From positions 4,401 to 68,400 of the forward strand of contig CALSND010000004.1 of assembly GCA_943787625.1 (NCBI GenBank): 64,000 nucleotides of DNA, written 5' to 3'. The position numbers and the translations under genes are program-made. The notes under the pieces were generated by a model that made no database searches, had not been told where the DNA came from, and saw only the letters and a program-made list of their open reading frames with translations. The stretch is from an uncultured Gammaproteobacteria bacterium (GTDB lineage Bacteria > Pseudomonadota > Gammaproteobacteria > Ga0077536). Below are positions 11,471 to 21,387 of this stretch, in pieces (the first letter of the stretch is position 1; each line of letters begins with the position of its first letter).

Positions 11471-12793
11471 ATGAGACGTGGGAACGATATGGAAAAATAC
11501 GGTGTAACGCGATTTTGTCAGTGTCTTCAACTACTTGTTTGTGCGATATGCATGCTGAGTCTCGAAGCTACTGCGGACGAGTTTAGGTTTGATGTAGAAA
11601 ACGCATTAGAGCTTAGTCCGCCCATGGGTATGGTGGTCACTGCAAGCAATCTTGAGCAGGTGCGTCAGCTGTTGGACGAAGACTTAGCAGGACTCATCGA
11701 AAAGGGATGGCTCACGCTAACTGTTGGAAAGCCTCAGTCTTTTCGGCCTCACTCTAACTACATAGAAGCCACCAAGAGACATCGAGGTAAGACTAAACTA
11801 GGTGATAGTCCCGGTGTACTGTTGAATTACGTTGCAGGCAGGCCTTTTTCGGGGGTTCCTAACTCTGACGATCCGAAGGCTGGAGAAAAGCTTATCTGGA
11901 ACATGCGGTATCTCTACGGGGGAGACGGTGGAAAAATACCTGAAATGTATTGGCAGTACCGAGACATGAAATCGCAGAAAATGGAACGAGAGTTAGAATT
12001 CAAAGCTGCAATGATGAGGTTTATGTATCGGCACGTGGTAGAGCCAACTCCAGCGATTAAAGACAATCGCTATAAGACTTATAGCGCTATTACTTTGACT
12101 GCGATAGAGCCCGGGGATGTGGCGAAAACAAAGTTACTAATATTTTATAACAGTGATGATACAGCCGAAGAGCAAGGTTGGATGTATGTACCTCTGTTGA
12201 GGCGAGTTAGACGCGTCGCGACTACTATGCGGACAGACTCGTTTTTGGGCAGTGATATTATGATTGAAGATTTTCTCGGTTACACTGGGCGTATTATGGA
12301 TATGAATTGGTCTTATGGGGGGACAAAAAATATTCTCTTACCTATGTATAACCATGATGAAATACCGCATTCAGATCGAAAAGCGCGTCGACATGATTAT
12401 AACTTTGTTGATTTCCATGGACATTCTGGCTGCTTCCCAAATATCACATGGCAGGTACGTAAGGTTTATATTCTGGAGGGAAAACCAAAGCGAAGTGATC
12501 ACCCAGTGGGTAACAGATATTTTTATTTAGACGCTCAGACCATGTCTCCAATTTTTGGAAAGTTGTATGATCGAGCAGGTGTGTTGTGGAAGTATATTAT
12601 TGGTGGCGTCGCACACCCGGATAGTCATCTTCCGTCAAACAAAGGCACAGGCGTACCGCTGATAGATACTGCCTCGGTAGTAGACATACAGAGCATGCAT
12701 TGCACCACGGTTCAGATGGTCACGATGGCGAATTTGCCAAAATTAAAGAAGCGCGACTTTGAGCCGTCCGCTCTCAATACTATGGCTAGATGA
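11471..12793 (+). CDS. DUF1329-family (LolA-like) periplasmic/outer-membrane protein
   Basis: Signal peptide, and the family-typical block WMYVPLLRRVRRVATTMRTDSFLGSDIMIEDF. Alternative start ATG at 11489. Confidence 0.75.
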   Translation: MRRGNDMEKYGVTRFCQCLQLLVCAICMLSLEATADEFRFDVENALELSPPMGMVVTASNLEQVRQLLDEDLAGLIEKGWLTLTVGKPQSFRPHSNYIEATKRHRGKTKLGDSPGVLLNYVAGRPFSGVPNSDDPKAGEKLIWNMRYLYGGDGGKIPEMYWQYRDMKSQKMERELEFKAAMMRFMYRHVVEPTPAIKDNRYKTYSAITLTAIEPGDVAKTKLLIFYNSDDTAEEQGWMYVPLLRRVRRVATTMRTDSFLGSDIMIEDFLGYTGRIMDMNWSYGGTKNILLPMYNHDEIPHSDRKARRHDYNFVDFHGHSGCFPNITWQVRKVYILEGKPKRSDHPVGNRYFYLDAQTMSPIFGKLYDRAGVLWKYIIGGVAHPDSHLPSNKGTGVPLIDTASVVDIQSMHCTTVQMVTMANLPKLKKRDFEPSALNTMAR

Positions 12794-12882
12794 ATCACGA
12801 TATAGTATTGTGAGGTATAATTAATTCTTGTTGAAAATTACCGAGTCTTGTTCGGTTAGATGTAACACTAAAGGGGAAAAAA

Positions 12883-13788
12883 ATGGCCAGTAGCCAATCG
12901 GATGCGATAAAGGTTCTATATAAAGGCTGGATCGATGCTATGTCTGCTAATCCTGAGATGGGTTTGGAGGAGATGCGCGATATCTTTGAGCATTGGGGTG
13001 ATATCACGGATGAACCGGGAGAGGTTGACTATTCTGAAGTCGATGCTGGTGGTGTACAAGCAATGTGGGCTGTTCCAAAAGGTTGTGCAGAAGATAGGGT
13101 CGTAGTGTGTACACACGGGGGAGGGTACGTTACCGGGTCTATGTACACTCACCGTAAGGTTTTCGGACATCTAGCAAAGCAGATAGGCTGTAAGGCTCTC
13201 ATACTTCATTATAGGAGAGCACCAGAGGCGCCTCATCCGGCACAGGTGGACGACGCAGTTGCAGCTTATGAATGGCTGTTAAGTCAAGGGTATACAAACG
13301 ACCATATATGCACTAGCGGCGATTCAGCCGGAGGTGCGTTATGCACATCAATGTTGTTAGCTATCCGCGACCAAGGTCTACCTATGCCAGTTGCAGCTAT
13401 GCCGATGTCGCCCTGGTATGACCCAGAAGGTACCGGAGATTCTTTGGTAACTAATGCCGATAAAGATGCGATAGTTAATAAGGATGTGCTTATGGGCATG
13501 GCTGGTATGTTTTTAGGAGACGGGTCTTCCAAGGATCCATTAGCCAATCTACTATGTGCCGATTTGAAAGGTTTACCATCCGATTTATATACAAACCGGT
13601 GGTGATGAAGGGCTGCTAGATGATTCTGTTCGTTTTGAAGAAAAAGCTAGGGCGGCTGGAGTAGACGTTACCTTGGATATATTTCCAGAAATGCAGCATG
13701 TCTTTCATTTTATGGCTGGAAGGGCACCTGAAGCAGACGATGCTATCGCAAAATATGCAGCTTGGGTAAAACCGAAATTAGGATTGTA
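12883..13788 (+). pseudogene. alpha/beta-hydrolase, HSL-type (family IV) esterase/lipase, frameshifted (pseudogene or sequencing error)
   Basis: HGGGY oxyanion motif and GDSAGG nucleophile elbow. The frame breaks at about 13579 (cca-t-ccg). The shifted frame continues PIYIQTGGDEGLLDDSVRFEE...MQHVFH, which holds the catalytic Asp/His region, to a TAG at 13786-13788. A terminator follows immediately. Confidence 0.75.
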
Positions 13789-13806
13789 GTTGTATGACTT
13801 GAAGTA

Positions 13807-13835
13807 AGGTGAGCCCTAGCGCTCACCTTTTTTTT
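13807..13835 (+). terminator. rho-independent terminator
   Basis: AGGTGAGC (13807-13814), loop, GCTCACCT (13821-13828), followed by a T-run. Confidence 0.8.
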
Positions 13836-13862
13836 GAAAGAATTTTGTTAAACGGTGGAATT

Positions 13863-14657
13863 ATGAATAGTGACGATGTGAAAGCGACCGCTGATCCAAG
13901 AGATCAATTCGACTTGTCGGGAAAGCGGGCCCTAATTACCGGTGCATCCTCGGGATTGGGACGTCGATTTGCCTGGACTTTAGCCCGTGCGGGTGCGGAG
14001 GTTTTGATAGCCGCGCGGAGCGAGGATAAGCTAGCAAGCCTTAAGAAAGAGATTGAACAATTTGGTGGCAGCGCGATTTGTGTATCGCTTGATGTTCGAG
14101 ATAGGCGAAAAATCAGGGACACAATTGACGCGTTAGAGTTGGAGGCACCCATTGATGTTTTGGTAAACAATGCTGGGGTTGCTATCGTAAAAGCACCTGA
14201 GCGATACAAGGATGAAGACTGGGACGCCGTTTATGAAACGAATCTTAGAGGTCCTTGGGTTTTAGCACAAACTGTCATAAAACATAGGATTAACGATGGA
14301 AAGCCCTGTAGCATCATCAATATTGCTTCGGTATTAGGGGTGAGGCCTTTAGGACATATACCACCCTATGCTGCGGCAAAAGCGGGGATGATTAACCTTG
14401 GTCGAGATCTCTGTGTCGATTTAGCTTCAAAAGGAATTAGAATAAATGCTATCGCTCCAGGTTACTTTGAAACCGAAATGAATAGGGAATGGTTGAAGAC
14501 ACCTGCAGGTGAAAAACTACTTCAAGGGATCCCAGCAGGAAGGTTTGGCCAACCAAGTGATCTGGATGGCGCGATATTGTTTCTCGCATCTGATGCCTCT
14601 AGTTTTATGAATGGTAACCTAATGACGATAGATGGTGGGCATAGCGCTGGTCTCTAG
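13863..14657 (+). CDS. short-chain dehydrogenase/reductase (SDR)
   Basis: TGxxxGxG motif (ALITGASSGLGR) and YAAAK active-site motif. I chose the ATG at 13863 because the longer track ORF (13809) begins inside the upstream terminator. Confidence 0.85.
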   Translation: MNSDDVKATADPRDQFDLSGKRALITGASSGLGRRFAWTLARAGAEVLIAARSEDKLASLKKEIEQFGGSAICVSLDVRDRRKIRDTIDALELEAPIDVLVNNAGVAIVKAPERYKDEDWDAVYETNLRGPWVLAQTVIKHRINDGKPCSIINIASVLGVRPLGHIPPYAAAKAGMINLGRDLCVDLASKGIRINAIAPGYFETEMNREWLKTPAGEKLLQGIPAGRFGQPSDLDGAILFLASDASSFMNGNLMTIDGGHSAGL

Positions 14658-15673
14658 CTTGCCCAGAGGATCAGTCGCCAATCGAGTACTTGTGTTTCCT
14701 CGTACTCATTATCGCGGTTTAGTCGTTTGGCAAAAGTATCAACTTTCAGTTCTTTTAAGGTGCCACCCGATGGGACCTGGTTAACGCGCAGAACTTCAAA
14801 TTCTGAACGGATTATGTCTTCCTCTAGCACTGGAGCCAGGTGATCACACCCTTGCCATCCGATTAAGGTCACCGTGTCAGGTATAGCTCGCATTATTTGC
14901 GCGTAAGCGAGCGATATTGTATGCCCGCCGTAGACGAGACGCTTTTTTAAATAACTTCGTGACGCATCTGTGTGAGCAAACGCTATGTTGCCAGTTAGCC
15001 TTACTAACTCCGCAGCGCACGTAATAGTATCTTGTCCGGTCACGACTACTCGATCCTGTTGCTGTAGATTTGGCAGCGATGGTTCAAACGAGCTGTTCGT
15101 TAAAGGTTCGATATTCCAAGCCGATGGCACAGACGCTAGGATAGCTTCTTCCGGTAACCCTTTAGGGATCTGACTGAAATCGTCTAAGTGACCAGTTTCG
15201 GCAGACGGGTCTCGACATGGGATCATAGGGCATCGCCAATAACGCATTACACACTCATTGTTCTGATTTAGAGTCTCTATCTCTAATGCCACCATTCCTG
15301 TCGCATTCCTTCCAGGCTTGTTTTTATTTTGATTGAGACCCACTACCTTGGTTGTCGTAGTTAGCGTGTCGCCTATGAAAACGGGTGACTTCATTATCAA
15401 GCCACGGTAAAAGAGATTTCCTTTAACATTTTGTGAAGCATAGGTTGTTTGTCCGTTCACAATATTGATAACAAGCATCGGATGGACCATTCCGCTATTG
15501 CTACCGGTAACCTTTTTAGTTAGCTCGTGGTCAAGTGACAGACGCATACGATCGCCTATAATTGACTGGTAGATAGAGCAAAAGCCTTCAGTGACTGTTA
15601 CTGCAGGCGCTCCAAATATTTGTCCGTTATAAAAATCCTCGAAAAAAGGTCCGTCAATTATATGTATTGCCAT
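14654..15673 (-). CDS. MaoC-like double hot-dog acyl-CoA hydratase/dehydratase (mesaconyl-/itaconyl-CoA-hydratase-like)
   Basis: 339 aa, the size of two hot-dog folds. N-terminal pattern GPFFEDFYNGQ...TVTEG...GDRMRLSLDHE and PVFIGDTL are typical of MaoC-family hydratases. Confidence 0.65.
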   Translation of the reverse strand: MAIHIIDGPFFEDFYNGQIFGAPAVTVTEGFCSIYQSIIGDRMRLSLDHELTKKVTGSNSGMVHPMLVINIVNGQTTYASQNVKGNLFYRGLIMKSPVFIGDTLTTTTKVVGLNQNKNKPGRNATGMVALEIETLNQNNECVMRYWRCPMIPCRDPSAETGHLDDFSQIPKGLPEEAILASVPSAWNIEPLTNSSFEPSLPNLQQQDRVVVTGQDTITCAAELVRLTGNIAFAHTDASRSYLKKRLVYGGHTISLAYAQIMRAIPDTVTLIGWQGCDHLAPVLEEDIIRSEFEVLRVNQVPSGGTLKELKVDTFAKRLNRDNEYEETQVLDWRLILWAS

Positions 15674-15811
15674 AGTTCAAACTATCCGTATTACTGAAGC
15701 CAATTTTATTGTTAAGTGCATTAGGATATCCGGCACAGTTTATTGGAGCAATGCACGATACATCCCGATGATAGTTGCTACATTTTGTGGTAGCTTTTAT
15801 CTTGACGTTAT

Positions 15812-16747
15812 TTATCTTATAGCTATAGGGTTGATAATCATTTGGACTGCTCCTGAAATTCTTGCCGGCCCGAGGACGAACATAAACTCATAAGCCTTGT
15901 CTGCAGCGAGCTCCCGAGTATCCATGTTTTCCAGTATATAAATACCATTGTAATTAATTAGTATCTGGTGGACGGGGAAGAGTATATTTGGATCCTCTCC
16001 TGGGATAAGTTCAAGCGCTGAATTGTCAGAGCCTACCGCCATTACTTCTTTTTCGACTAAGTAGTTGGCACCATCAGCTGTAATCCCAGGCTGCTCCTTG
16101 ATGAACTTTTCGGGATCTGATTCTAAGTAAGTCAGCCAACCAGAATGGAATAAGACGACATCGCCTTTTTCAATATTTACGCCCAGTTTTTTCTCACACG
16201 CGACGATATCTCGTTTATTGTAGGGAGTTTTAGCAGGTAATAATTCTTTCCCTTTACAAGCAGCCATATCGAGTAGCACACCGCGGGTCACTACAGGTGG
16301 ATAGTCTTCCACACCCATCTTAGTAAGCCCGTCGACTTTGGCAAAATCGCTTGCTTTATACCCGTTATAAAAAACTCCATCAGTGGCGGCATGTCCAAGG
16401 CCATCAATTTGAGAACCCACACCCATCCAGCCAGAGACATGATCATCGAAATAATTGAATTTGTTACCTCCAATGGGGTGATGATGGCTGTATTGATTAG
16501 GATACAGCACATGAACTTCAAAAGTTCGTGTCCCATAGGCGGGAGTGTCGCTGTTAGTCTCTATACCTAATCTGTACGTCTTACCTGTTTTTACAAGTTT
16601 ACTCGCTTTAAGCGTTAGTTCAGGTCCGAGCATGTTAAAGGAACCCAGTGTGTCGGTTGGTCCCCATTTAGATGGCCACCACTTGTCGTCGGCGCTTACA
16701 GCTGCAATAGCAAGAAGCACGGTAACTAAACTAGCGAAATACTTCAT
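15812..16747 (-). CDS. secreted cyclase-family protein (putative cyclase/arylformamidase fold)
   Basis: Signal peptide MKYFASLVTVLLAIAAVSA. Cyclase-family layout: GSQIDGLGH, TRGVLLDM, GDVVLFHSGW, PGI...A.YL, AVGSDN, ...NPIAIR at the C-terminus. Confidence 0.65.
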   Translation of the reverse strand: MKYFASLVTVLLAIAAVSADDKWWPSKWGPTDTLGSFNMLGPELTLKASKLVKTGKTYRLGIETNSDTPAYGTRTFEVHVLYPNQYSHHHPIGGNKFNYFDDHVSGWMGVGSQIDGLGHAATDGVFYNGYKASDFAKVDGLTKMGVEDYPPVVTRGVLLDMAACKGKELLPAKTPYNKRDIVACEKKLGVNIEKGDVVLFHSGWLTYLESDPEKFIKEQPGITADGANYLVEKEVMAVGSDNSALELIPGEDPNILFPVHQILINYNGIYILENMDTRELAADKAYEFMFVLGPARISGAVQMIINPIAIR

Positions 16748-16827
16748 CTCAGTCCCCTTATATAAAGTAGAACTCCATTTAATTAGAAATTGAGTACTTC
16801 GGCAAGTTTAATTTTGAAAAGTTTGGT

Positions 16828-17937
16828 TTAAGAAAACTCGCGCCGGACGCTATTAGAATGTGCGCCCAGTTCAGGGACTTGTAAGTTTTTATTTTCGTCT
16901 CCGACTCTCCGGATAAGACTGAAATTATTGCCAGAACTTAAGACATTTTTACGCTTCAAAGCGTCGTGCTTGGAGAGATCTTTTAAGGTATTAATACTAC
17001 CGCAAGCTACGCCAGCTTTTTGTAGTGAGTCCATAAGTTGGTTGCGATCTGAAAGCTTGAACACTGCTTCAATCTCTAGCTTTAAAGCGTTTCGATTTTC
17101 AGTTCGTTTCATATTCGAATCGTAGAGAGGATCAGAAACTAGCGCCGGTTTGCCCAGCACTTGTTCACACAATCTAACCCACTCCATATGATTTTGCACT
17201 ACTATGAAAATTTTCCCGTCTTTAGTGTCATAGGCACCGTATGGACATATTTGTCCATGATCCATACCTGTTCCTTGCAGTAATTTATCGGCGTACTCAT
17301 AGTAAGAGAGGGGTACGGATAGCCATTCGGAGAGGACTTCAAACAGTGATAATTCGATATGAGAACCACTTCCTGATTTAATGCCTCTTTTGATGAGCTT
17401 CTTGAGGATCTCCCCATAAGCCGTGAGGCCAGTCGCGATATCAACAATTGATGCGCCGACTTTGGATGGTTCGCCTGGGGGACCTGTTACAGAGCACAAA
17501 CCTGTTTCTGCTTGAATTAAAGCATCATACGCTTTCATTTTAGAGTAACTTCCCTTGCTACCATAACCGCTGATAGAACACATTATGATATTGGGGTTTA
17601 TTCTTTGGATCGATTGGTAACCGAAGCCGAGCCGCTCCACAGCACCAGGTCGAAGATTTTGTATAAAAATATCTGCTTTCTTGATCAGGTTCTGCAATAA
17701 CGCGATGTCCATATCAGACTTTAAGTCAACAGTAACCGATTCTTTCCCAGAGTTCAGCCAGACAAAATAGGCACTATCACCGTCAAGAATATCGTCATAT
17801 TTTCTCGCAAAATCTCCTTCTGGGCGCTCAAGTTTAATAACCCGAGCACCAGCCTCGCGCAATAATCTAGAGCAATAGGGTGCCGCCACCGCCTGCTCAA
17901 GACTAATTACTAGAAGGCCATCAAGATCACTTGTCAT
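16828..17937 (-). CDS. family-III CoA-transferase (CaiB/BaiF type)
   Basis: N-terminal signature LDGLLVISLEQAVAAPYCSRLLREAGARVIKLERPEGD. 369 aa. Confidence 0.85.
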   Translation of the reverse strand: MTSDLDGLLVISLEQAVAAPYCSRLLREAGARVIKLERPEGDFARKYDDILDGDSAYFVWLNSGKESVTVDLKSDMDIALLQNLIKKADIFIQNLRPGAVERLGFGYQSIQRINPNIIMCSISGYGSKGSYSKMKAYDALIQAETGLCSVTGPPGEPSKVGASIVDIATGLTAYGEILKKLIKRGIKSGSGSHIELSLFEVLSEWLSVPLSYYEYADKLLQGTGMDHGQICPYGAYDTKDGKIFIVVQNHMEWVRLCEQVLGKPALVSDPLYDSNMKRTENRNALKLEIEAVFKLSDRNQLMDSLQKAGVACGSINTLKDLSKHDALKRKNVLSSGNNFSLIRRVGDENKNLQVPELGAHSNSVRREFS

Positions 17938-17961
17938 TGCAATAGTTTACCTTACACGAAT

Positions 17962-19143
17962 CTAGTATGACCTAGGCAGACCTAGTTCTCTTTCTGCAAG
18001 GTAAGACAGGATCAGATTAGTTGAAATAGGTGCAATCTGGTAAAGCCGCGCCTCTCGAAACTTACGTTCGACATCGTATTCCTCCGCTACTGCAAAGCCT
18101 CCAAAGGTCTGCATGCAAGTGTCGGCAGCGGCCCATGAAGCCTCTGAAGTAAGAAGTTTTGCCATATTGGCATAGGTACCTGAGGTGTCTCCGGATTCAT
18201 ATAGGCGGCATGCCTTATCTAAAACAGCCTCCGCTGCTTCGGTTTGAGCGAACGCTCGTGCTATAGGAAATTGGATACCCTGATTGCGGCCAATAGGACG
18301 ACCGAAAACCTCTCGCTCACTAGCATAATCAGATGCCTTTTTAATAAACCAGCGCGCATCACCAACGCATTCGGCTGCAATAAGGATCCGTTCCGCGTTC
18401 ATTCCTGAAAGAATATACTTGAATCCTTTGCCTTCCTCTCCAATCAAGCTATCGGCAGGTATTGGCACATTATCGAAAAAAACTTCAGTGGTCGCATGGT
18501 TTAGCATTGTTCTAATTGGGTTGATGGTCATTCCATTTTTAAGAGCATCTCTCATATCAATAAGAAAGACTGAAAGGCCATCAGACTTCTTTTTCACTTC
18601 ATCTTTTGGTGTAGTCCGCGCAAGGAGTACCATTAAGTCTGAATGCTCGGCACGAGATGTCCAAATTTTTTGTCCATTGACGATATACTTATCGCCATCT
18701 TTAACAGCCATAGTAGTAATGCTGGTAGTGTCTGTACCAGCAGTCGGTTCGGTGACTCCGAATGCTTGTAGCCTTAAGTCTCCAGAAGCAATTTGTGGCA
18801 AATATTTCTTTTTTTGTTCTTCACTACCATGACGAAGGACCGTCCCCATTGTATACATCTGAGCGTGGCAAGCGGCAGCATTTCCTCCAAATTCATGGAT
18901 CGCTTTGAGTGTCTCAGAGCCGACAGTTATCGGCAGACCACTACCTCCATATTCTTCGGGTATTAAGGACGCCAGCAAGCCAAGCTCAGTAAGTCGTGTC
19001 ACAAACTCAGTCGGATATTTGCGTTCACGATCTTTTTCTCTCCAGTATTCTCCGGAAAACTCTTCACAGACTTTAAATACCGTATCTCGTATTTGGGATA
19101 TTGTTTCTTGTAGTTCTTCTTGGCTCATATTTAGGTAGCTCAC
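17962..19143 (-). CDS. acyl-CoA dehydrogenase
   Basis: 393 aa. VTEPTAGTDTTS motif, FGRPIGRNQGIQFPIA, and an ACAD-type C-terminal helix bundle. Confidence 0.9.
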   Translation of the reverse strand: MSYLNMSQEELQETISQIRDTVFKVCEEFSGEYWREKDRERKYPTEFVTRLTELGLLASLIPEEYGGSGLPITVGSETLKAIHEFGGNAAACHAQMYTMGTVLRHGSEEQKKKYLPQIASGDLRLQAFGVTEPTAGTDTTSITTMAVKDGDKYIVNGQKIWTSRAEHSDLMVLLARTTPKDEVKKKSDGLSVFLIDMRDALKNGMTINPIRTMLNHATTEVFFDNVPIPADSLIGEEGKGFKYILSGMNAERILIAAECVGDARWFIKKASDYASEREVFGRPIGRNQGIQFPIARAFAQTEAAEAVLDKACRLYESGDTSGTYANMAKLLTSEASWAAADTCMQTFGGFAVAEEYDVERKFREARLYQIAPISTNLILSYLAERELGLPRSY

Positions 19144-19189
19144 CGTTTGGTTGGTTTATTAAAATGACCTGTAACTAGACAGGATTCCA

Positions 19190-19221
19190 TAAAAAAAGGG
19201 TTGCCGCTATCACGGCAACCC
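19190..19221 (-). terminator. rho-independent terminator (minus strand)
   Basis: On the minus strand: GGGTTGCCG, loop TGATAG, CGGCAACCC, followed by T7. It lies immediately downstream of the hydrolase gene that ends at 19251. Confidence 0.8.
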
Positions 19222-19250
19222 TCCCCAGTTTACTTTAGTATCATGTTCCG

Positions 19251-20099
19251 CTAACTCGCAGCCACAATTTTATCTAAAACAGGCATCAGATAACTATTGA
19301 ATAGCTCTGGATTTTCACTCATTGGAAAGTGCCCGATTTCTTCCATGATAATACATTCTGAGTTTTTAGTTTTCGCAGCACTTTCTTCAGTCATCTCTGG
19401 TGTACACGCGAAGTCATAAACACCTGTCATGTAGTACATAGGTACTTTACCAGAAAGTTTTTCGGTCCGGCCTCTAAAGTCATGATCTTGACTATAGAAA
19501 TAAAGATCGCCTTTGAATATTCCAGGGCCTCCCTGCGCGTAATACCACCAGGTCTCCCATCGATACTTATCAGGACTTTGCGGAGCCATTAACCCAAAGA
19601 CAGACTGAGCTGCCGCTTCACCGCCGTGGATGTGGGAGTGTCTTAACCAATCAATATGCCAGCCTAATGAATGCTCGCACGCTTCTACGGCTATCAAGGC
19701 TCTGAGCTCATCTTCGTGTTTTTCCGCTAAATGAAGGCAAATATTACCACCCATTGAACTTCCTAAGATTACCGGCTTATCGAGTTCTAGAGCGTGGCAG
19801 AATGCCATCACTATGCCCATATAGAATTCTGCAGTTAGTTTGTACTCTTCATCTTCTTTATACCAATCATATGGAGGAATGGATTTGCCATGACGAGGAA
19901 TATCAATAGCAATTACTCTAAAGTTAGCGTTTATTGCAGGATCACACAGTTGATGTCTCCATTCTCTGGAGTCGGTTCCAGCGGTATGTAAACAGACCAT
20001 TGGTATTCCTTGGCCAGCTTCTTCAAAAAATATTCTGTACTCGGTCCCGTTATAAGGAACCCAGACATAACGTCCAGTTATTGGTTCGATTTTTCCCAT
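19251..20099 (-). CDS. alpha/beta-fold hydrolase
   Basis: 282 aa. Nucleophile elbow GSSMGG and a C-terminal EEIGHFPMSE His motif. Confidence 0.8.
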   Translation of the reverse strand: MGKIEPITGRYVWVPYNGTEYRIFFEEAGQGIPMVCLHTAGTDSREWRHQLCDPAINANFRVIAIDIPRHGKSIPPYDWYKEDEEYKLTAEFYMGIVMAFCHALELDKPVILGSSMGGNICLHLAEKHEDELRALIAVEACEHSLGWHIDWLRHSHIHGGEAAAQSVFGLMAPQSPDKYRWETWWYYAQGGPGIFKGDLYFYSQDHDFRGRTEKLSGKVPMYYMTGVYDFACTPEMTEESAAKTKNSECIIMEEIGHFPMSENPELFNSYLMPVLDKIVAAS

Positions 20100-20126
20100 T
20101 TTTATGTCTCCTAATTCGTTCCTTAA

Positions 20127-20504
20127 TTAAATCTCACGCATCCGATCGAGTGCCCAGCATAGCGCACGCATATTTTGCCAGAGGACCATTTGGTCTCCCT
20201 CTAGCGTTAATCTACCGTGAAGAGGATGAGCCATAGCCCAAATATCGTTATACATAGGTGGTGGTGTTTTTTGACAGAATTTTTCCCAACTGACAGCAGG
20301 GCCTTTTATAGCCAGTTGGTAGCAAGTTTCTGGGGTAAATTCACTTTCTATATTAGCTATCTTTCCTTTATAAAATTCGATGACATATTCAGTTTCACCA
20401 AACCCAAAAAGTAGATTGGTTGTGAAATGCTTTCCGATCCAACTCATTGGACCATTAGTGTTCACCAGCTTTTGCCAGCTCTCCATCCAAGACTTTTCAA
20501 ACAT
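20127..20504 (-). CDS. small SCP2/sterol-carrier-like protein (tentative)
   Basis: 125 aa. The C-terminal pattern ...LTLEGDQMVLWQNMRAL... resembles the SCP2 fold. It lies 27 nt upstream of the hydrolase in the same operon. Confidence 0.4.
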   Translation of the reverse strand: MFEKSWMESWQKLVNTNGPMSWIGKHFTTNLLFGFGETEYVIEFYKGKIANIESEFTPETCYQLAIKGPAVSWEKFCQKTPPPMYNDIWAMAHPLHGRLTLEGDQMVLWQNMRALCWALDRMREI

Positions 20505-20769
20505 GAGTTACCTCCTCATTCATTCTCGAGCGCCTTACTCTTAACTTATAAGTTACTACTATTCGCATAGTTGCAAATTTACTGCTTTATTTATAATTAG
20601 TATTTTAAATCAATTACCGTATTTTCTCATGAAAATTTAGAGCCAATCAGGTAAAAAAACTGGGGAAATGCAGCTTCACCTCAATTATCTTATAGTACTT
20701 CAACTACTTTGAAACTCTTTATACCAGACTCAATCAGCAGAACCTAGTAGCAGCCTAATAATATTTATG

Positions 20770-21312
20770 TTAATTGCTAATCTTTTTTTTTACCAGTGCG
20801 GACAAGTTATCTTTAGCTCGTTTTCGATTAAAGTCGACTTTGAACCGCGTCATCTCGATGGGCGTTATGTATTCGGTTGGGAACAAGTGATATCTCGCGC
20901 CGGCTAGAACAAGTTCTTTATACCAATCATATGGCTCTTGCTGGTAATCGACAAATGATTGTTGCGCCACATACACATTACACGCGCCGACACTGGGCAC
21001 ATGTATTACAGACGACCGATAGCCTTTGCCGACACCTTCAATCACGTCAAGCTGTTTGAGGTCTTTTATCGATATTTTATATACGGTGCCCCACACGGCG
21101 TCCTTATCACTTTTCACGATATTGCACTTGCCAGATCCGTCGCGGCCAATTTTAGAAAAATTAAGGCTCCAGCCGTGTAGCATCGCTGTAGTACTAAAAG
21201 CCGCTGAACTAATTCTTGCTTGAAGGCGAGCGGGATGCAAATTAGAGCCATAAGCTAGATAACGTATGACCCGCATATGGTTATTTGGCAGATTGTTATT
21301 AGACTTGCTCAT
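20770..21312 (-). CDS. gamma-glutamylcyclotransferase (AIG2/GGCT-like) family protein
   Basis: N-terminal YLAYGSNLHPARLQARI motif typical of the GGCT fold. 180 aa. Confidence 0.65.
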   Translation of the reverse strand: MSKSNNNLPNNHMRVIRYLAYGSNLHPARLQARISSAAFSTTAMLHGWSLNFSKIGRDGSGKCNIVKSDKDAVWGTVYKISIKDLKQLDVIEGVGKGYRSSVIHVPSVGACNVYVAQQSFVDYQQEPYDWYKELVLAGARYHLFPTEYITPIEMTRFKVDFNRKRAKDNLSALVKKKISN

Positions 21313-21387
21313 GATTTAGCCATGCTGAGTTTTTATATTTTAGTTGCTATTATAGGGCCTAGATTATTTTATAGACATGGAGCAGCA

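Noticed and set aside
14654-14657. Convergent SDR and MaoC genes share overlapping stop codons (CTAG).
   Set aside because: This is a simple consequence of a palindromic tetranucleotide. No regulatory significance can be inferred.
21277-21387. N-terminal extension of the ACAD ORF that overlaps the divergent GGCT-like gene.
   Set aside because: The extension is hydrophobic and non-homologous to ACADs. ATG at 21388 has a GGAG Shine-Dalgarno and begins a normal ACAD N-terminus.
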